A stretch of DNA of 64,000 bases from Collinsella sp. UBA6357. GTDB taxonomy: Bacteria > Actinomycetota > Coriobacteriia > Coriobacteriales > Coriobacteriaceae. The stretch is from assembly GCA_002437815.1 (NCBI GenBank), contig DJRP01000028.1:41471-105470 (forward strand). The letters are read 5' to 3'. Below the pieces are notes generated by a model that was not told the DNA's origin, made no database searches, and saw nothing but the letters and a program-made list of their open reading frames with translations. How positions within the stretch are numbered: position 1 is the first letter of the stretch; each line of letters opens with the position of its first letter. The position numbers and the translations under genes are program-made. Shown here in pieces: positions 32,892 through 41,822 of the stretch.

Positions 32892-34304
32892 CTAAGAGAG
32901 TATGGGGGTGAAACCGAAGACAAGGGTCATGAGCCGCTGGGGCTCCTCGATAGCGGCCGCTATGGTTTGGGCGTCTCGGGCGCGGTCGAACCCGACGAGC
33001 TCGACGGTGCAGGCAACGTCTTCATATGCTAAGACGCGGCGGCGCTGGACCAGCTTGGTACCGTCGAACATCTCGGTCTTGGTCCCATCGCTAGAGGTTT
33101 CATAGAGATGGAGCAACGCTTTGGTAGCACTGTCGCTGACCGAGATTTCCTCGATATCGTCGCTGGCGCCCATGGCGCCGATGATGGTGTAGATCTCGGG
33201 CGCCACGACCTCGCCGGAAGGAAGGTATTCCAGCTGGAATGTCTTGGGTAGCGTGATCAGGGCGCCTTTTCTCTTTGGGCTGGTAGCCCGGACGCCCGTT
33301 GACGAGGGGTCGAGCGACTGTGTCTGATCGGTTGCCACAAATGCGACGAAGTTCTCAACACCCTTACTCGATGGGGATTGATCATCCTGGGCGGCAGCGG
33401 TCGTCTCCAAAGTCTTGCCGCCGTCGGAAACCATGATGGTTTCCTGAGCCGTTTTTGATACGGCAGCCGAAACGCTCGAGGACATCTCGGGTTCGGGAGG
33501 ATTGGCCCTGGCCCTTTCGTCGTCGCTGCCTTTGCTTTCGGTCGTCCGATCGGCGGAACCGATGTTATCGGTTGCATCGGGAACAAGCTCGATCGCCCCG
33601 CATCCGCTCCAGGTCAGTTGCGTAAGCACGGCGTCTGCGGCGATCGACGTCGATTCGCGTCGGGCGCCAACCGTACCTGCATAATTCTGCGCATCTTGTT
33701 GCAGCCCGCTCAGCAACGACGCAAGCCCCGATCGCTCCTTCGTATCGCCTGCATGGGCGATACGAAAGGGGATCGCGCCTCGGGCTGCGGCGGTCGTGCC
33801 GCTCTTATATGCTCGGATATAGGCCGTGAACGCTATATCCGAATCGTCGGTGTCGAGGCAACCGATCGCGATGCCGCCGCCGTTTTCATAGAACGTTGCG
33901 GGCGCGAGGACCACCGTCCCTCCGGCGGATGAATCGACCTCAAGATCTTCGACGGAAAGCTCGAGGTCGCAGACATCCCCGTCGGCATCGATGGCGACGG
34001 CGCTCCAGCGGCAGATGACGCTTCCCGTTTGCATGCCCTTGCTACGAGAGTGACGGTCGATATCCACGACTATCGATCCATCACTTGCGCGTTGCCGTAG
34101 GCAGCCCGCGGTCGTGACCTCTGCATTCTTGAACGTGAACGCCGCCGCATCGATACGGATGATTTCCTCCGAGACGAACGAGTCGTCAGAGGCGGTGGAC
34201 GCGGGCAAAGGTGCCGCCATGGCCGGGGCGGGGTGGACCGCGGGCGTGCCGAGAGCGAGCACGCAACATAGCGTCGCCGCCGCAACGTGAACCTTCGAAG
34301 CCAT
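32892..34304 (-). CDS. Secreted 470-aa protein of unknown function (last gene of the surface operon)
   Basis: The signal peptide is MASKVHVAAATLCCVLALGTPAVHPAPAMA. An AGGAG RBS precedes ATG 34304. I recognised no family. Confidence 0.6.
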   Translation of the reverse strand: MASKVHVAAATLCCVLALGTPAVHPAPAMAAPLPASTASDDSFVSEEIIRIDAAAFTFKNAEVTTAGCLRQRASDGSIVVDIDRHSRSKGMQTGSVICRWSAVAIDADGDVCDLELSVEDLEVDSSAGGTVVLAPATFYENGGGIAIGCLDTDDSDIAFTAYIRAYKSGTTAAARGAIPFRIAHAGDTKERSGLASLLSGLQQDAQNYAGTVGARRESTSIAADAVLTQLTWSGCGAIELVPDATDNIGSADRTTESKGSDDERARANPPEPEMSSSVSAAVSKTAQETIMVSDGGKTLETTAAAQDDQSPSSKGVENFVAFVATDQTQSLDPSSTGVRATSPKRKGALITLPKTFQLEYLPSGEVVAPEIYTIIGAMGASDDIEEISVSDSATKALLHLYETSSDGTKTEMFDGTKLVQRRRVLAYEDVACTVELVGFDRARDAQTIAAAIEEPQRLMTLVFGFTPILS

Positions 34305-34346
34305 GGCGTCTCCTTTCGTTCGCGCCCGTCGGGCGCACATGGCGGG

Positions 34347-34610
34347 TTAGTGCGTGCGTGTGAAATGTATTCCGAGTGCGAGTGCGCCCGTGCTTGCGAT
34401 GCACAGCGCGGCGGCGTCGCCAAGTTCCCTGTCGCCTGTTTGCGCAAGCGGTTCGCGGCGACGGTCGGTATCTTCGAGTCGCGAAAGGTCGACCGTCACC
34501 GTTGTCGTTCCCTGAGGGGGAGCCGGTTCTTGGGCGGTTGCCATCGCCGGTGTCGCGAGCAACGCGACGGATAGTGTGAGCGCAGTGAGGGCGCTAGCTC
34601 TGGTGCGCAC
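34347..34610 (-). CDS. 87-aa mini sortase substrate: signal peptide, ~37-aa mature part, LAQTG motif, TM helix, basic tail
   Basis: MRTRASALTALTLSVALLATPAMATAQE ... EPLAQTGD ... AAALCIASTGALALGIHF-TRTH. The GTG start overlaps the stop of the upstream gene by 17 nt. Confidence 0.6.
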   Translation of the reverse strand: MRTRASALTALTLSVALLATPAMATAQEPAPPQGTTTVTVDLSRLEDTDRRREPLAQTGDRELGDAAALCIASTGALALGIHFTRTH

Positions 34611-35193
34611 CGGGCTCGACCGTCCAGGTGATCTGTGCTACCTGGTCACCCTTGGCATCTACATGCAGGATATCGCGGGTCACGCGGGCAACGTTGCCGC
34701 TCGTGGACAGCTTGATCTTGTCCGAGCCTCCCTCGATGCCCTGATAGCCCATGTCAAAGTTGGCATTGTGCGAAAGGTCGATACCGGAGCCCTGAGTCGC
34801 CGCGTAGGCATCTTGAAGTGCCGCTGTCGGCCCCACCTTGAAATCGATGGAGTTCTTTGCCTTGCCGCTCTTGGCACTGGCCTCGATGGTCCAGATCTGG
34901 TTGCCCGTGATTTTCATGTTGGTCACGTGCAGCCCGTAGGCCGACAGATTCTCGATGACGGTGGCGTCGGCGGAGGGGCCGGTCAGCGTGCCATCGGCTG
35001 CGGCCACAAAGGGGATGATGGTCGGTACTTTGAAGGCTACATTATCGATATTGGTCTTGATGGTCACTTCGGTTGTTCCGGTTCGCTCCGCCGCGACCGC
35101 GGGCGTCGGTGCGCCTGCGGCGACGAGCGCGAGAGCGAGTCCCGCGCCGATGGCAAGTGCCTTGCCTGCATGTCGGTTGCGTTCGATGGTCAT
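34594..35193 (-). CDS. Secreted 199-aa beta-rich protein, WxL-like C-terminus
   Basis: The signal peptide is MTIERNRHAGKALAIGAGLALALVAAGAPTPAVAAE. NVAFKVPTIIPF and the C-terminal VAQITWTVEPG resemble WxL-domain surface proteins. This is a motif reading only. Confidence 0.55.
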   Translation of the reverse strand: MTIERNRHAGKALAIGAGLALALVAAGAPTPAVAAERTGTTEVTIKTNIDNVAFKVPTIIPFVAAADGTLTGPSADATVIENLSAYGLHVTNMKITGNQIWTIEASAKSGKAKNSIDFKVGPTAALQDAYAATQGSGIDLSHNANFDMGYQGIEGGSDKIKLSTSGNVARVTRDILHVDAKGDQVAQITWTVEPGAHQS

Positions 35194-35281
35194 GATCTTT
35201 CCTTTCTATCTGCGATGCCGGTTTATCGACACCGGGGGACCGGGATGAGAGGGGCATGTGCGTGATGAGGGTTTGCGGGAT

Positions 35282-35788
35282 CTATGCGTGCGCGACTTGC
35301 ACCTTGATGCGGGTGGGGTTGCCGTGCTCGTCAAAAGTCTTGCTGTCGAGCGCCTGGATCTCGATTGACGCCTCGCCTTCGGCAATGTCGCCGGCGGGGC
35401 AGGTCTCCACGGTCTTGCCCACCTCGACCACTCCGGACTCGTAGATCGTCTGCTCGTCTTGGATTACCCGAAAGCGCTGCGGAAACTTATTGCCGTCCAC
35501 GTTCCTGACGTTCACGCGCATCGTTCCGTCATCGTTGATCTGCACGACCGGTGCGACCGATATGGTCATCATGTTCTCGCGAACGGAGGCATCGAGCTCT
35601 TCTTGGATCTGCTTGCGCGTCTTGTCGTCGGCCGCGGTGACCGAGGTGCCGACCTCGGCCACGGGACGCGACTGCCAGGCGAACAGGCCGACGGCGGATA
35701 GCGCGCAAACGATAGCCAGTCCCAGCAGGACAAGACGCTTCTTGCGGCTGAGCCCCAGCGGTGCGCGGCGCTTGGCGTCATTGCTCAT
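35282..35788 (-). CDS. 168-aa N-terminally membrane-anchored extracytoplasmic protein
   Basis: RKKRLVLLGLAIVCALSAVGLFAW is the anchor, followed by a beta-rich domain. Its ATG overlaps the stop of the upstream 98-aa gene (ATGA). Confidence 0.6.
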   Translation of the reverse strand: MSNDAKRRAPLGLSRKKRLVLLGLAIVCALSAVGLFAWQSRPVAEVGTSVTAADDKTRKQIQEELDASVRENMMTISVAPVVQINDDGTMRVNVRNVDGNKFPQRFRVIQDEQTIYESGVVEVGKTVETCPAGDIAEGEASIEIQALDSKTFDEHGNPTRIKVQVAHA

Positions 35789-36081
35789 GCCGCGCCCTTT
35801 CCGGCGTAGACCTGTGCAAAGGTTGCCGGGTCGGCTCCAAAAAGCGTATGGAGCGCAATGCGGCGCGCGCTGATTTTTTCGTCGAAGTCTGCTCCCAAAT
35901 CGATCCCGTGGATATTGGCGATGTGATGGGCAAGAGCCGACATCGACTCGATATCAGATGCCTGGTCGCTGGTGATGTGATAGACCTCCGTGTCGGGAAA
36001 AGCCTCTTCGTCGAAGGGCATGCTGTAGATGTCGTCGTCGATTTGGATCGCGATGCCGAAGTTGGGCCAATAGAGTGCCAT
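35785..36081 (-). CDS. 98-aa cytoplasmic protein, first gene of the surface operon
   Basis: A GAGGAGG RBS precedes ATG 36081. MALYWPNFGIAIQIDDD faintly resembles the DUF559 core (D..WP....vE.DG). The track N-terminal extension is rejected. Confidence 0.5.
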   Translation of the reverse strand: MALYWPNFGIAIQIDDDIYSMPFDEEAFPDTEVYHITSDQASDIESMSALAHHIANIHGIDLGADFDEKISARRIALHTLFGADPATFAQVYAGKGAA

Positions 36082-36423
36082 ATGAGCCTCCTCGCTGTTT
36101 TCCGCCGACGCGGTTCTGTCGGCTGTTGGGGCGAGCCTAACAGCCGCTTCTGGGCATCGAGCTGACCAAATGCTGTGCAGTTTTCTATCTCTGCAGCTCA
36201 GAACCCACGTTTTTTGAAGAAAGATTTTCAAATCGATTCAAGGTCGTCTTGTGGAGCGGACGCGGTCGGCTTTCGCTTGCCGCTCGGCGGCGATCTCTAT
36301 CCGTCTGGCGAAATCTCAAAACGTAAAAACCCGGATTGTGAAGACGATTCATATAACGACGCGGTTTATGTTGCGGTAACATTTGCCTGCAAACACTGCA
36401 GTTAACTAAAGGGGAGAGACGGC

Positions 36424-38022
36424 ATGCTTGCATCTATCAAACCTTTCTCGGAAGAGTTCGAGGAGTACGGACGAGACGAATCGCGAAGCGTCGGCGAGGC
36501 GCAGAGCATCTCGTTCCCAAAGGATGAGGACGAGGTCCGTGCTATCCTGCGCGAGCTTCACGCGCAGGGATGCCCGATCACGGTTCAAGGCGCCCGTACC
36601 GGCCTCGCTGCGGGGGCGGTTCCTCATGGCGGTCACGTGCTCAACACCTCGCATATGAACCGTTATCTGGGTATGCGATGCGAGGGCGAGGCGTTTTATC
36701 TGCGTCTCCAGTCGGGCGTGGTGCTCTCCGAGCTCCGCAAGCAGCTGGCGCGCAAGACGCTTGCCACCGAGGGGTGGGACGATGCATCCCTTGCCGCCTA
36801 TCGTGCGTTTCAGGAGGCACCCGAACAGTTCTTTCCCACCGATCCCACCGAATCGTCGGCTTGTCTGGGCGGCATGGCTGCCTGCAACGCCTCGGGTGCA
36901 CGGAGCTATGCCTATGGTCCCATGCGCCCGCACGTGACGGCTTTGCGCGTGGCTTTGGCCGATGGGGACATCTTGGCGCTCCAGCGCGATAAGGTGCATG
37001 CCCACGGGCGACGCCTGACCCTTGTCACTGAGTCCGGCCATGTTCTTGAGCTCGAGCTTCCCACCTATAAGATGCCTCAGACCAAGAATGCCTCGGGCTA
37101 CTATGTCGATGATGATATGGATGCGATCGATCTGTTTATCGGGGCCTGCGGCACCTTTGGCGTGATCACCGAGCTCGAGATCGCTCTCATGCCTGCGCCT
37201 CCGGTGGTATGGGGCGTCAATTGCTTCTTTGAGAGCGAAGATGCCGCGGTTGCGTTTACCCAGGCGGTGCGTCCAGTGCTTCCCTGTGCCACGGCGATCG
37301 AGTATTTCGATGCGGGCGCCCTTGATATCTTGCGCCATCAGCGCGACTGCTCCACGGCGTTCGCGGCGCTTCCCAGTCTCGATCCCGATGCCAAGGTCTG
37401 TGTCTATGTCGAGCTCGATTGCGAGAGCGGACAACAGGCGATGGCGGCGCTGTACCGTTTGGAGGACGTTATCGTTCGGGCGGGTGGGGATGCTCGCATG
37501 ACCTGGGTCGCGCGCAACAATATCGATTGCGAGTGCCAGCGATTCTTTCGCCATGCGGTTCCCGAGAGCGTCAACATGCTCATCGACGAGCGCCGCCGGA
37601 CCGATCCCACCATCACCAAGCTGGGGTCTGACATGTCCGTGCCCGACGAGCATCTGGCAGACGTTGTCGAACTATACCGTCGCACGCTGGCCGAAGCGGG
37701 GCTCGAATCGGCGGCATGGGGGCATATCGGCGACAACCACCTGCACGTGAACATCTTGCCGCGCGATGCGGCCGACTATGCGCGCGGCGGCGAGCTGTTC
37801 GCCGCCTGGGCCGCACGGGTCACCGCCATGGGCGGGGCCGTTTCGGCCGAACACGGCGTGGGCAAGCTCAAGGCCGGTTTTCTCGAGATCATGTACGGCC
37901 GCGACGCCATGATCGAGTCGGCGCGCCTCAAGCTCCAGCTCGATCCCAAAGGACAGTTTGGACGTGGCAATCTGTTTGGCGAGAAACTCTTGGATGGCCT
38001 TTTGAAGAAAGGGGGCGAATGA
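36424..38022 (+). CDS. FAD-linked oxidase (GlcD/LctD-like 2-hydroxyacid dehydrogenase)
   Basis: The FAD-binding PCMH-type N-terminus reads FPKDEDEVRAILRELHAQGCPITVQGARTGLAGGAV-like. The C-terminal GG.VSAEHGVGKLK motif is present. It lies immediately upstream of etfBA. Confidence 0.75.
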   Translation: MLASIKPFSEEFEEYGRDESRSVGEAQSISFPKDEDEVRAILRELHAQGCPITVQGARTGLAAGAVPHGGHVLNTSHMNRYLGMRCEGEAFYLRLQSGVVLSELRKQLARKTLATEGWDDASLAAYRAFQEAPEQFFPTDPTESSACLGGMAACNASGARSYAYGPMRPHVTALRVALADGDILALQRDKVHAHGRRLTLVTESGHVLELELPTYKMPQTKNASGYYVDDDMDAIDLFIGACGTFGVITELEIALMPAPPVVWGVNCFFESEDAAVAFTQAVRPVLPCATAIEYFDAGALDILRHQRDCSTAFAALPSLDPDAKVCVYVELDCESGQQAMAALYRLEDVIVRAGGDARMTWVARNNIDCECQRFFRHAVPESVNMLIDERRRTDPTITKLGSDMSVPDEHLADVVELYRRTLAEAGLESAAWGHIGDNHLHVNILPRDAADYARGGELFAAWAARVTAMGGAVSAEHGVGKLKAGFLEIMYGRDAMIESARLKLQLDPKGQFGRGNLFGEKLLDGLLKKGGE

Positions 38023-38023
38023 G

Positions 38024-38881
38024 ATGACGATCGCATGCGGAGAAGAGACCGACCTGCATATCATCGTCTGCGTCAAAGCGGTGCCCGGCAGCACCGAGGT
38101 CAAGATGGATCCCCAGACCAATACCATCGTGCGAGACGGCAGACAAGCCGTCATCAACCCGTTTGATGCGAGCGCGCTGGAATGCGCCCTGGCGCTTAAG
38201 GACGACTTTACCGATTTCGATGAGTGCATGCCGCTCAAGGTGCGGGTGAGCGTGATATCGATGGGTATTCCTGCGACCGAGACGCTTTTGCGTGACTGTA
38301 TCGCCCGCGGCGCGGACCATGCCGTCCTTTTGACCGACCGCGCCTTCGCCGGTGCCGATACCCTTGCCACGGCCTATGCGCTCGCGCGCGGCATCGATTG
38401 GATCGAAGAGCATATCGAGCCCTATGACCTGTTGATCTGCGGCAAGATGGCGGTGGACGGCGATACGGCTCAGATCGGGCCCGAGCTCGCGTCGATCTTC
38501 GATTTGCCATGCGTGACCGATGTGAAGAGCATCCCGTCTGCCGGCCTTGGGGTCCAGCCGACGCTTAGCCTGATTCATGGCGGCGATGCGGGCGATGAAA
38601 CCGTTTACATGGACACACCCTGTGCCATGACGGTGGCCAAGGAAATCGGCCAGCTGCGCATGCCGAGCATTGCAGGCATTCGCAGGGCCGAGAAAGAGAC
38701 GGTGCACGTGCTGTCCGCGTCGGACATCGGTGCCGATTCCGCTCGCTGCGGGCTTTCCGGTTCGCCGACCCAGGTCGTCCGTTCGTTTGTCCCCGAGCGC
38801 GCCAACAAGGGCATCGAGATCGCGGGCACGGCGGTCGAGCAGGCCGAACGTTTGGTGAAGATTATCGAGGGGATGGCATAG
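38024..38881 (+). CDS. etfB: Electron transfer flavoprotein beta subunit
   Basis: IIVCVKAVPGSTEVKMDPQTNTIVRDGRQAVINPFDASALECAL is present. It starts 1 nt after the upstream stop. Confidence 0.85.
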   Translation: MTIACGEETDLHIIVCVKAVPGSTEVKMDPQTNTIVRDGRQAVINPFDASALECALALKDDFTDFDECMPLKVRVSVISMGIPATETLLRDCIARGADHAVLLTDRAFAGADTLATAYALARGIDWIEEHIEPYDLLICGKMAVDGDTAQIGPELASIFDLPCVTDVKSIPSAGLGVQPTLSLIHGGDAGDETVYMDTPCAMTVAKEIGQLRMPSIAGIRRAEKETVHVLSASDIGADSARCGLSGSPTQVVRSFVPERANKGIEIAGTAVEQAERLVKIIEGMA

Positions 38882-40087
38882 ATGAGCGGACTTCTTATCG
38901 ATAGCGATGCCTGCATCGGTTGCGGGCGTTGCGCCAAAGCCTGCGCTTCGGGAGGAATCGTCGTGGAGGGCCAACGTCCGAACCGTCGGGCGCGTGCGAC
39001 CGAGTCGTGTGTTCTGTGCGGAAGCTGCGTCGATGCCTGTCCGGTCAATGCGATTTCCATCGAACGCGACGAGGCCGTCGATGTAGTCGACCTGGATGCC
39101 TATCGCGATATTTGGGTGTTCGTGCAGACCGACGAGTCCGATGCGGTGGCGCCGGTTGCCTATGAGCTCGTCGGCAAGGCGCGCAAGCTTGCCGACGAGC
39201 GGGGATGCCATCTTGTCACTTTGATGGGCGCGAGCCCGGCGGCCTCGCTTTCGCATTGCGAGCATCTGATTTATGCGGGCGCCGACACGGTTGTCGTGTG
39301 CCGCGATGAGCGACTCGTCCGCAACGAGTCCGAGGTCTATGCGCGCCTTGTCTGCGATTTGGCCGTCGAGCGCAAGCCCGAGATTATCCTGTATGGTGCC
39401 ACGGCGTTCGGTCGCGAGCTCGCTCCGCGCGTCGCCGCGCATCTTCAGACGGGGCTTACCGCCGACTGCACGGTTCTTGCGATGGATCCCCAGACGGGCC
39501 TTCTGCAACAGACGCGCCCCGCTTTTGGCGGCAATCTCATGGCTACGATCATCTGCCCGGCGCATCGTCCCCAGATGGCTACGGTTCGCCCCGGTATCTT
39601 CAAGACACCTGCCCTCGATTACACGCGTTCGGGAAACGTCGTGCAGGTTTCGTTGGACTCCGAGGTTAAGTCTCGCGTGCATCTCTTGGATGCTGCCGAG
39701 GTGTCGGACGAGGTCCCGATCACCCAAGCCGATCGTCTGGTCGTGGTCGGCCGCGGCATCGGTTCCAAGAAGAATCTGGCGCTCATGCGCGATCTCGCCG
39801 GTGCCCTCGGGGCCGAACTCGGCTGCACCCGTCCGGTTGTCGAGGCCGGTTGGTTGCCATATCGCCATCAGGTGGGACAGACCGGCGTCACCGTCTCGCC
39901 CAAGTTACTTCTGAGCATCGGCGTTTCGGGCGCCATCCAGCATGTTGCCGGAATCGGTGGGGCCGAGTGCATTATCGCTGTCAACGAGGATCCCGATGCA
40001 CCCATCTTCGATGTCGCCCGGTACAAGGTGGTGGGCGATGCCATGGAGGTCGCGCAGGAGCTGCTTGATCGACTCAAAGATCGTTGA
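38882..40087 (+). CDS. etfA: Electron transfer flavoprotein alpha subunit with an N-terminal 2x[4Fe-4S] ferredoxin domain
   Basis: CIGCGRCAKAC and CVLCGSCVDACP supply the two cluster motifs. The EtfA core (GISGAIQHVAG-like: IGVSGAIQHVAGI) follows. Confidence 0.85.
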   Translation: MSGLLIDSDACIGCGRCAKACASGGIVVEGQRPNRRARATESCVLCGSCVDACPVNAISIERDEAVDVVDLDAYRDIWVFVQTDESDAVAPVAYELVGKARKLADERGCHLVTLMGASPAASLSHCEHLIYAGADTVVVCRDERLVRNESEVYARLVCDLAVERKPEIILYGATAFGRELAPRVAAHLQTGLTADCTVLAMDPQTGLLQQTRPAFGGNLMATIICPAHRPQMATVRPGIFKTPALDYTRSGNVVQVSLDSEVKSRVHLLDAAEVSDEVPITQADRLVVVGRGIGSKKNLALMRDLAGALGAELGCTRPVVEAGWLPYRHQVGQTGVTVSPKLLLSIGVSGAIQHVAGIGGAECIIAVNEDPDAPIFDVARYKVVGDAMEVAQELLDRLKDR

Positions 40088-40140
40088 GATTCGATTTTCC
40101 AAGTTCGCCTTTGGGATCGATGGTTCAAATGACAGATGGA

Positions 40141-40177
40141 ACGCCCGGTATTCTTTACGAATGCCGGGCGTTTCGTT
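40141..40177. terminator. Hairpin between convergent etfA and the HD-domain gene
   Basis: CGCCCGGTA (40142-50) pairs with ATGCCGGGCG (40161-70), followed by TTTCGTT. Confidence 0.5.
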
Positions 40178-40190
40178 GGAAACTCGAATC

Positions 40191-41006
40191 TCAGCGGTGG
40201 GAGGTGAGCCAATGGCGCAGCTCGGCGCGCATGTTATTCCAAATCACTTGGGTTGTGGGATCGGTAAAGGGTTCGACGATACCGAACGGGGCGTCGAGCA
40301 GGCGATATAGGTGGCCTTGCTCGCGGGCGAGGTCACGGCTCGAGACGAACTCGAGCTCGAACATGAAGCAAATAAGGCCGACGAGGAAGTCGGCCGGTTC
40401 ATGGCGCTCGGTGCGGGCGATGCAGCGGTGCTCGGCAAACGCCCGTTGCGTGTCAGCCGAGATGCCGCTTTGTAAAAATGCCTGCTCATCCATTTTGAGG
40501 ATAGTGGCGACGGAGCTGTCGGCGATATTGCGCATGATGTCGAGTTTGTCGCCATCGCGCACGATGGCGCAAAAGCGCCGCGTGCGCGCATCGAGATTCG
40601 AGGGCAGGCGAAAATCGCTATGGAAGGCGATGCTCGCACGGATAAGGGCGTCTTCGCCGTCCCGGTCGACAAAGTTGCGGATGCTCGTCGCGGCGGGCGC
40701 ATCGGCGGGATTTTCACCGAAGAGAACCTTGACGCCGAGTTCGGCGTGGCTCATGCTCTCGGCATCCTTGAACGTGTCCCAACGACGTAGCTGCTCAAAG
40801 CGACCTATATCGTGCAGAAGGCCGCAGAGCCATGCGAGATCGACATCCGCCGTCGTCCAGTCTTCGCGGCGAGCGATGGTTTCGCAGGCTTCTGCCACAT
40901 GATAGGTATGGTCGATCTTGAGGGCGATGCGAGGATTGGCGCTATCGTAGGCGTCGGTATAACGTTTGAATTCGGAGCGTGCTTGCTCGCGATCGAATCT
41001 GTACAT
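40191..41006 (-). CDS. HD-domain phosphohydrolase family protein
   Basis: HTYHVAE...GLLHDIGR supplies the H...HD motif. ATG 41006 is preferred over the track start at 41102. Confidence 0.7.
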   Translation of the reverse strand: MYRFDREQARSEFKRYTDAYDSANPRIALKIDHTYHVAEACETIARREDWTTADVDLAWLCGLLHDIGRFEQLRRWDTFKDAESMSHAELGVKVLFGENPADAPAATSIRNFVDRDGEDALIRASIAFHSDFRLPSNLDARTRRFCAIVRDGDKLDIMRNIADSSVATILKMDEQAFLQSGISADTQRAFAEHRCIARTERHEPADFLVGLICFMFELEFVSSRDLAREQGHLYRLLDAPFGIVEPFTDPTTQVIWNNMRAELRHWLTSHR

Positions 41007-41126
41007 GGTTGCCCCTTTGCTGCCTTTCTCATTCTGCATGTGATTGTAGGGCAGGTAGTCATCCCAAAGCTCATTTCCTCCTTGCGCTAGAATGTCTGGC
41101 ACTTTATTCGCTAAGAGGAGGTGCGT

Positions 41127-41822
41127 ATGCTCGTAAGAATTTTCAAGATGGCCTGGCCCATCCTGCTGTCATATGTCGCCGTCGGCGTTGCCTGCGGCGT
41201 GCTCGAGTCGCAAGCAGGTATGGAGCCCTGGATGGGCTTTGTGCTGGGGGCGACGTTTCTTACCGGTTCGGGCCAGTTCATGATGAGCAACCTTTGGATG
41301 GCGGGCGTTCCGATCCCCTCCATGCTCGTAAGCCTGGCGGCTGTTTCCTCGCGCTTTGCCCTCTATTCCGCATCGCTGGCGCCCCATCTCGCGCAGGCAT
41401 CTCGTATGGAGGCATTGGCGACATGTGCGACCCTTACCGAAGAAGGGTATGGGCTCAGCCTCTCTCAGTTCGTTACGGCTCAAGATTGGACGGCGCGCCA
41501 TGCTTTCGTCCTTAACGTCATGGGTCTCCTAACGTGGTCGTCATCTTGTGCGATTGGAATCGCCTTGGGGTCGATCGTGGATATCCCGACTGCTGTTGCC
41601 GGATTTGCCTGTACCTCGCTGTTTATCTACCTGCTTTTGTCTCAACGTCTGACACGGGGCAACGCGGTTGCCGTCTGCGCGGCAGTACTTGCCGTGACCG
41701 TCTGCAAGTGCACGGGGGTATCGGCGGTCGCCGTCCCCATCGGCGCGCTCGCGGGCGTCGTCTGCGCCCTCGGTTTCGGTGCGGTCTCGCACCAAAAGGA
41801 GGACGGTCATGCCGCTTCGTGA
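41127..41822 (+). CDS. azlC: AzlC-family branched-chain amino acid exporter subunit
   Basis: AWPILLSYVAVGVACGVL and FLTGSGQFMM are present. An AAGAGGAGG RBS precedes ATG 41127; the track start is GTG 41121. Confidence 0.8.
   Translation: MLVRIFKMAWPILLSYVAVGVACGVLESQAGMEPWMGFVLGATFLTGSGQFMMSNLWMAGVPIPSMLVSLAAVSSRFALYSASLAPHLAQASRMEALATCATLTEEGYGLSLSQFVTAQDWTARHAFVLNVMGLLTWSSSCAIGIALGSIVDIPTAVAGFACTSLFIYLLLSQRLTRGNAVAVCAAVLAVTVCKCTGVSAVAVPIGALAGVVCALGFGAVSHQKEDGHAAS

Noticed and set aside
36212-36232. A short inverted repeat TTTTGAA-N8-TTCAAA in the 340-bp divergent region between the surface operon and the FAD-oxidase gene, considered as a possible operator.
   Set aside because: Only 6 bp are complementary and the sequence is AT-rich. 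No regulator gene is adjacent, and I cannot distinguish it from chance.
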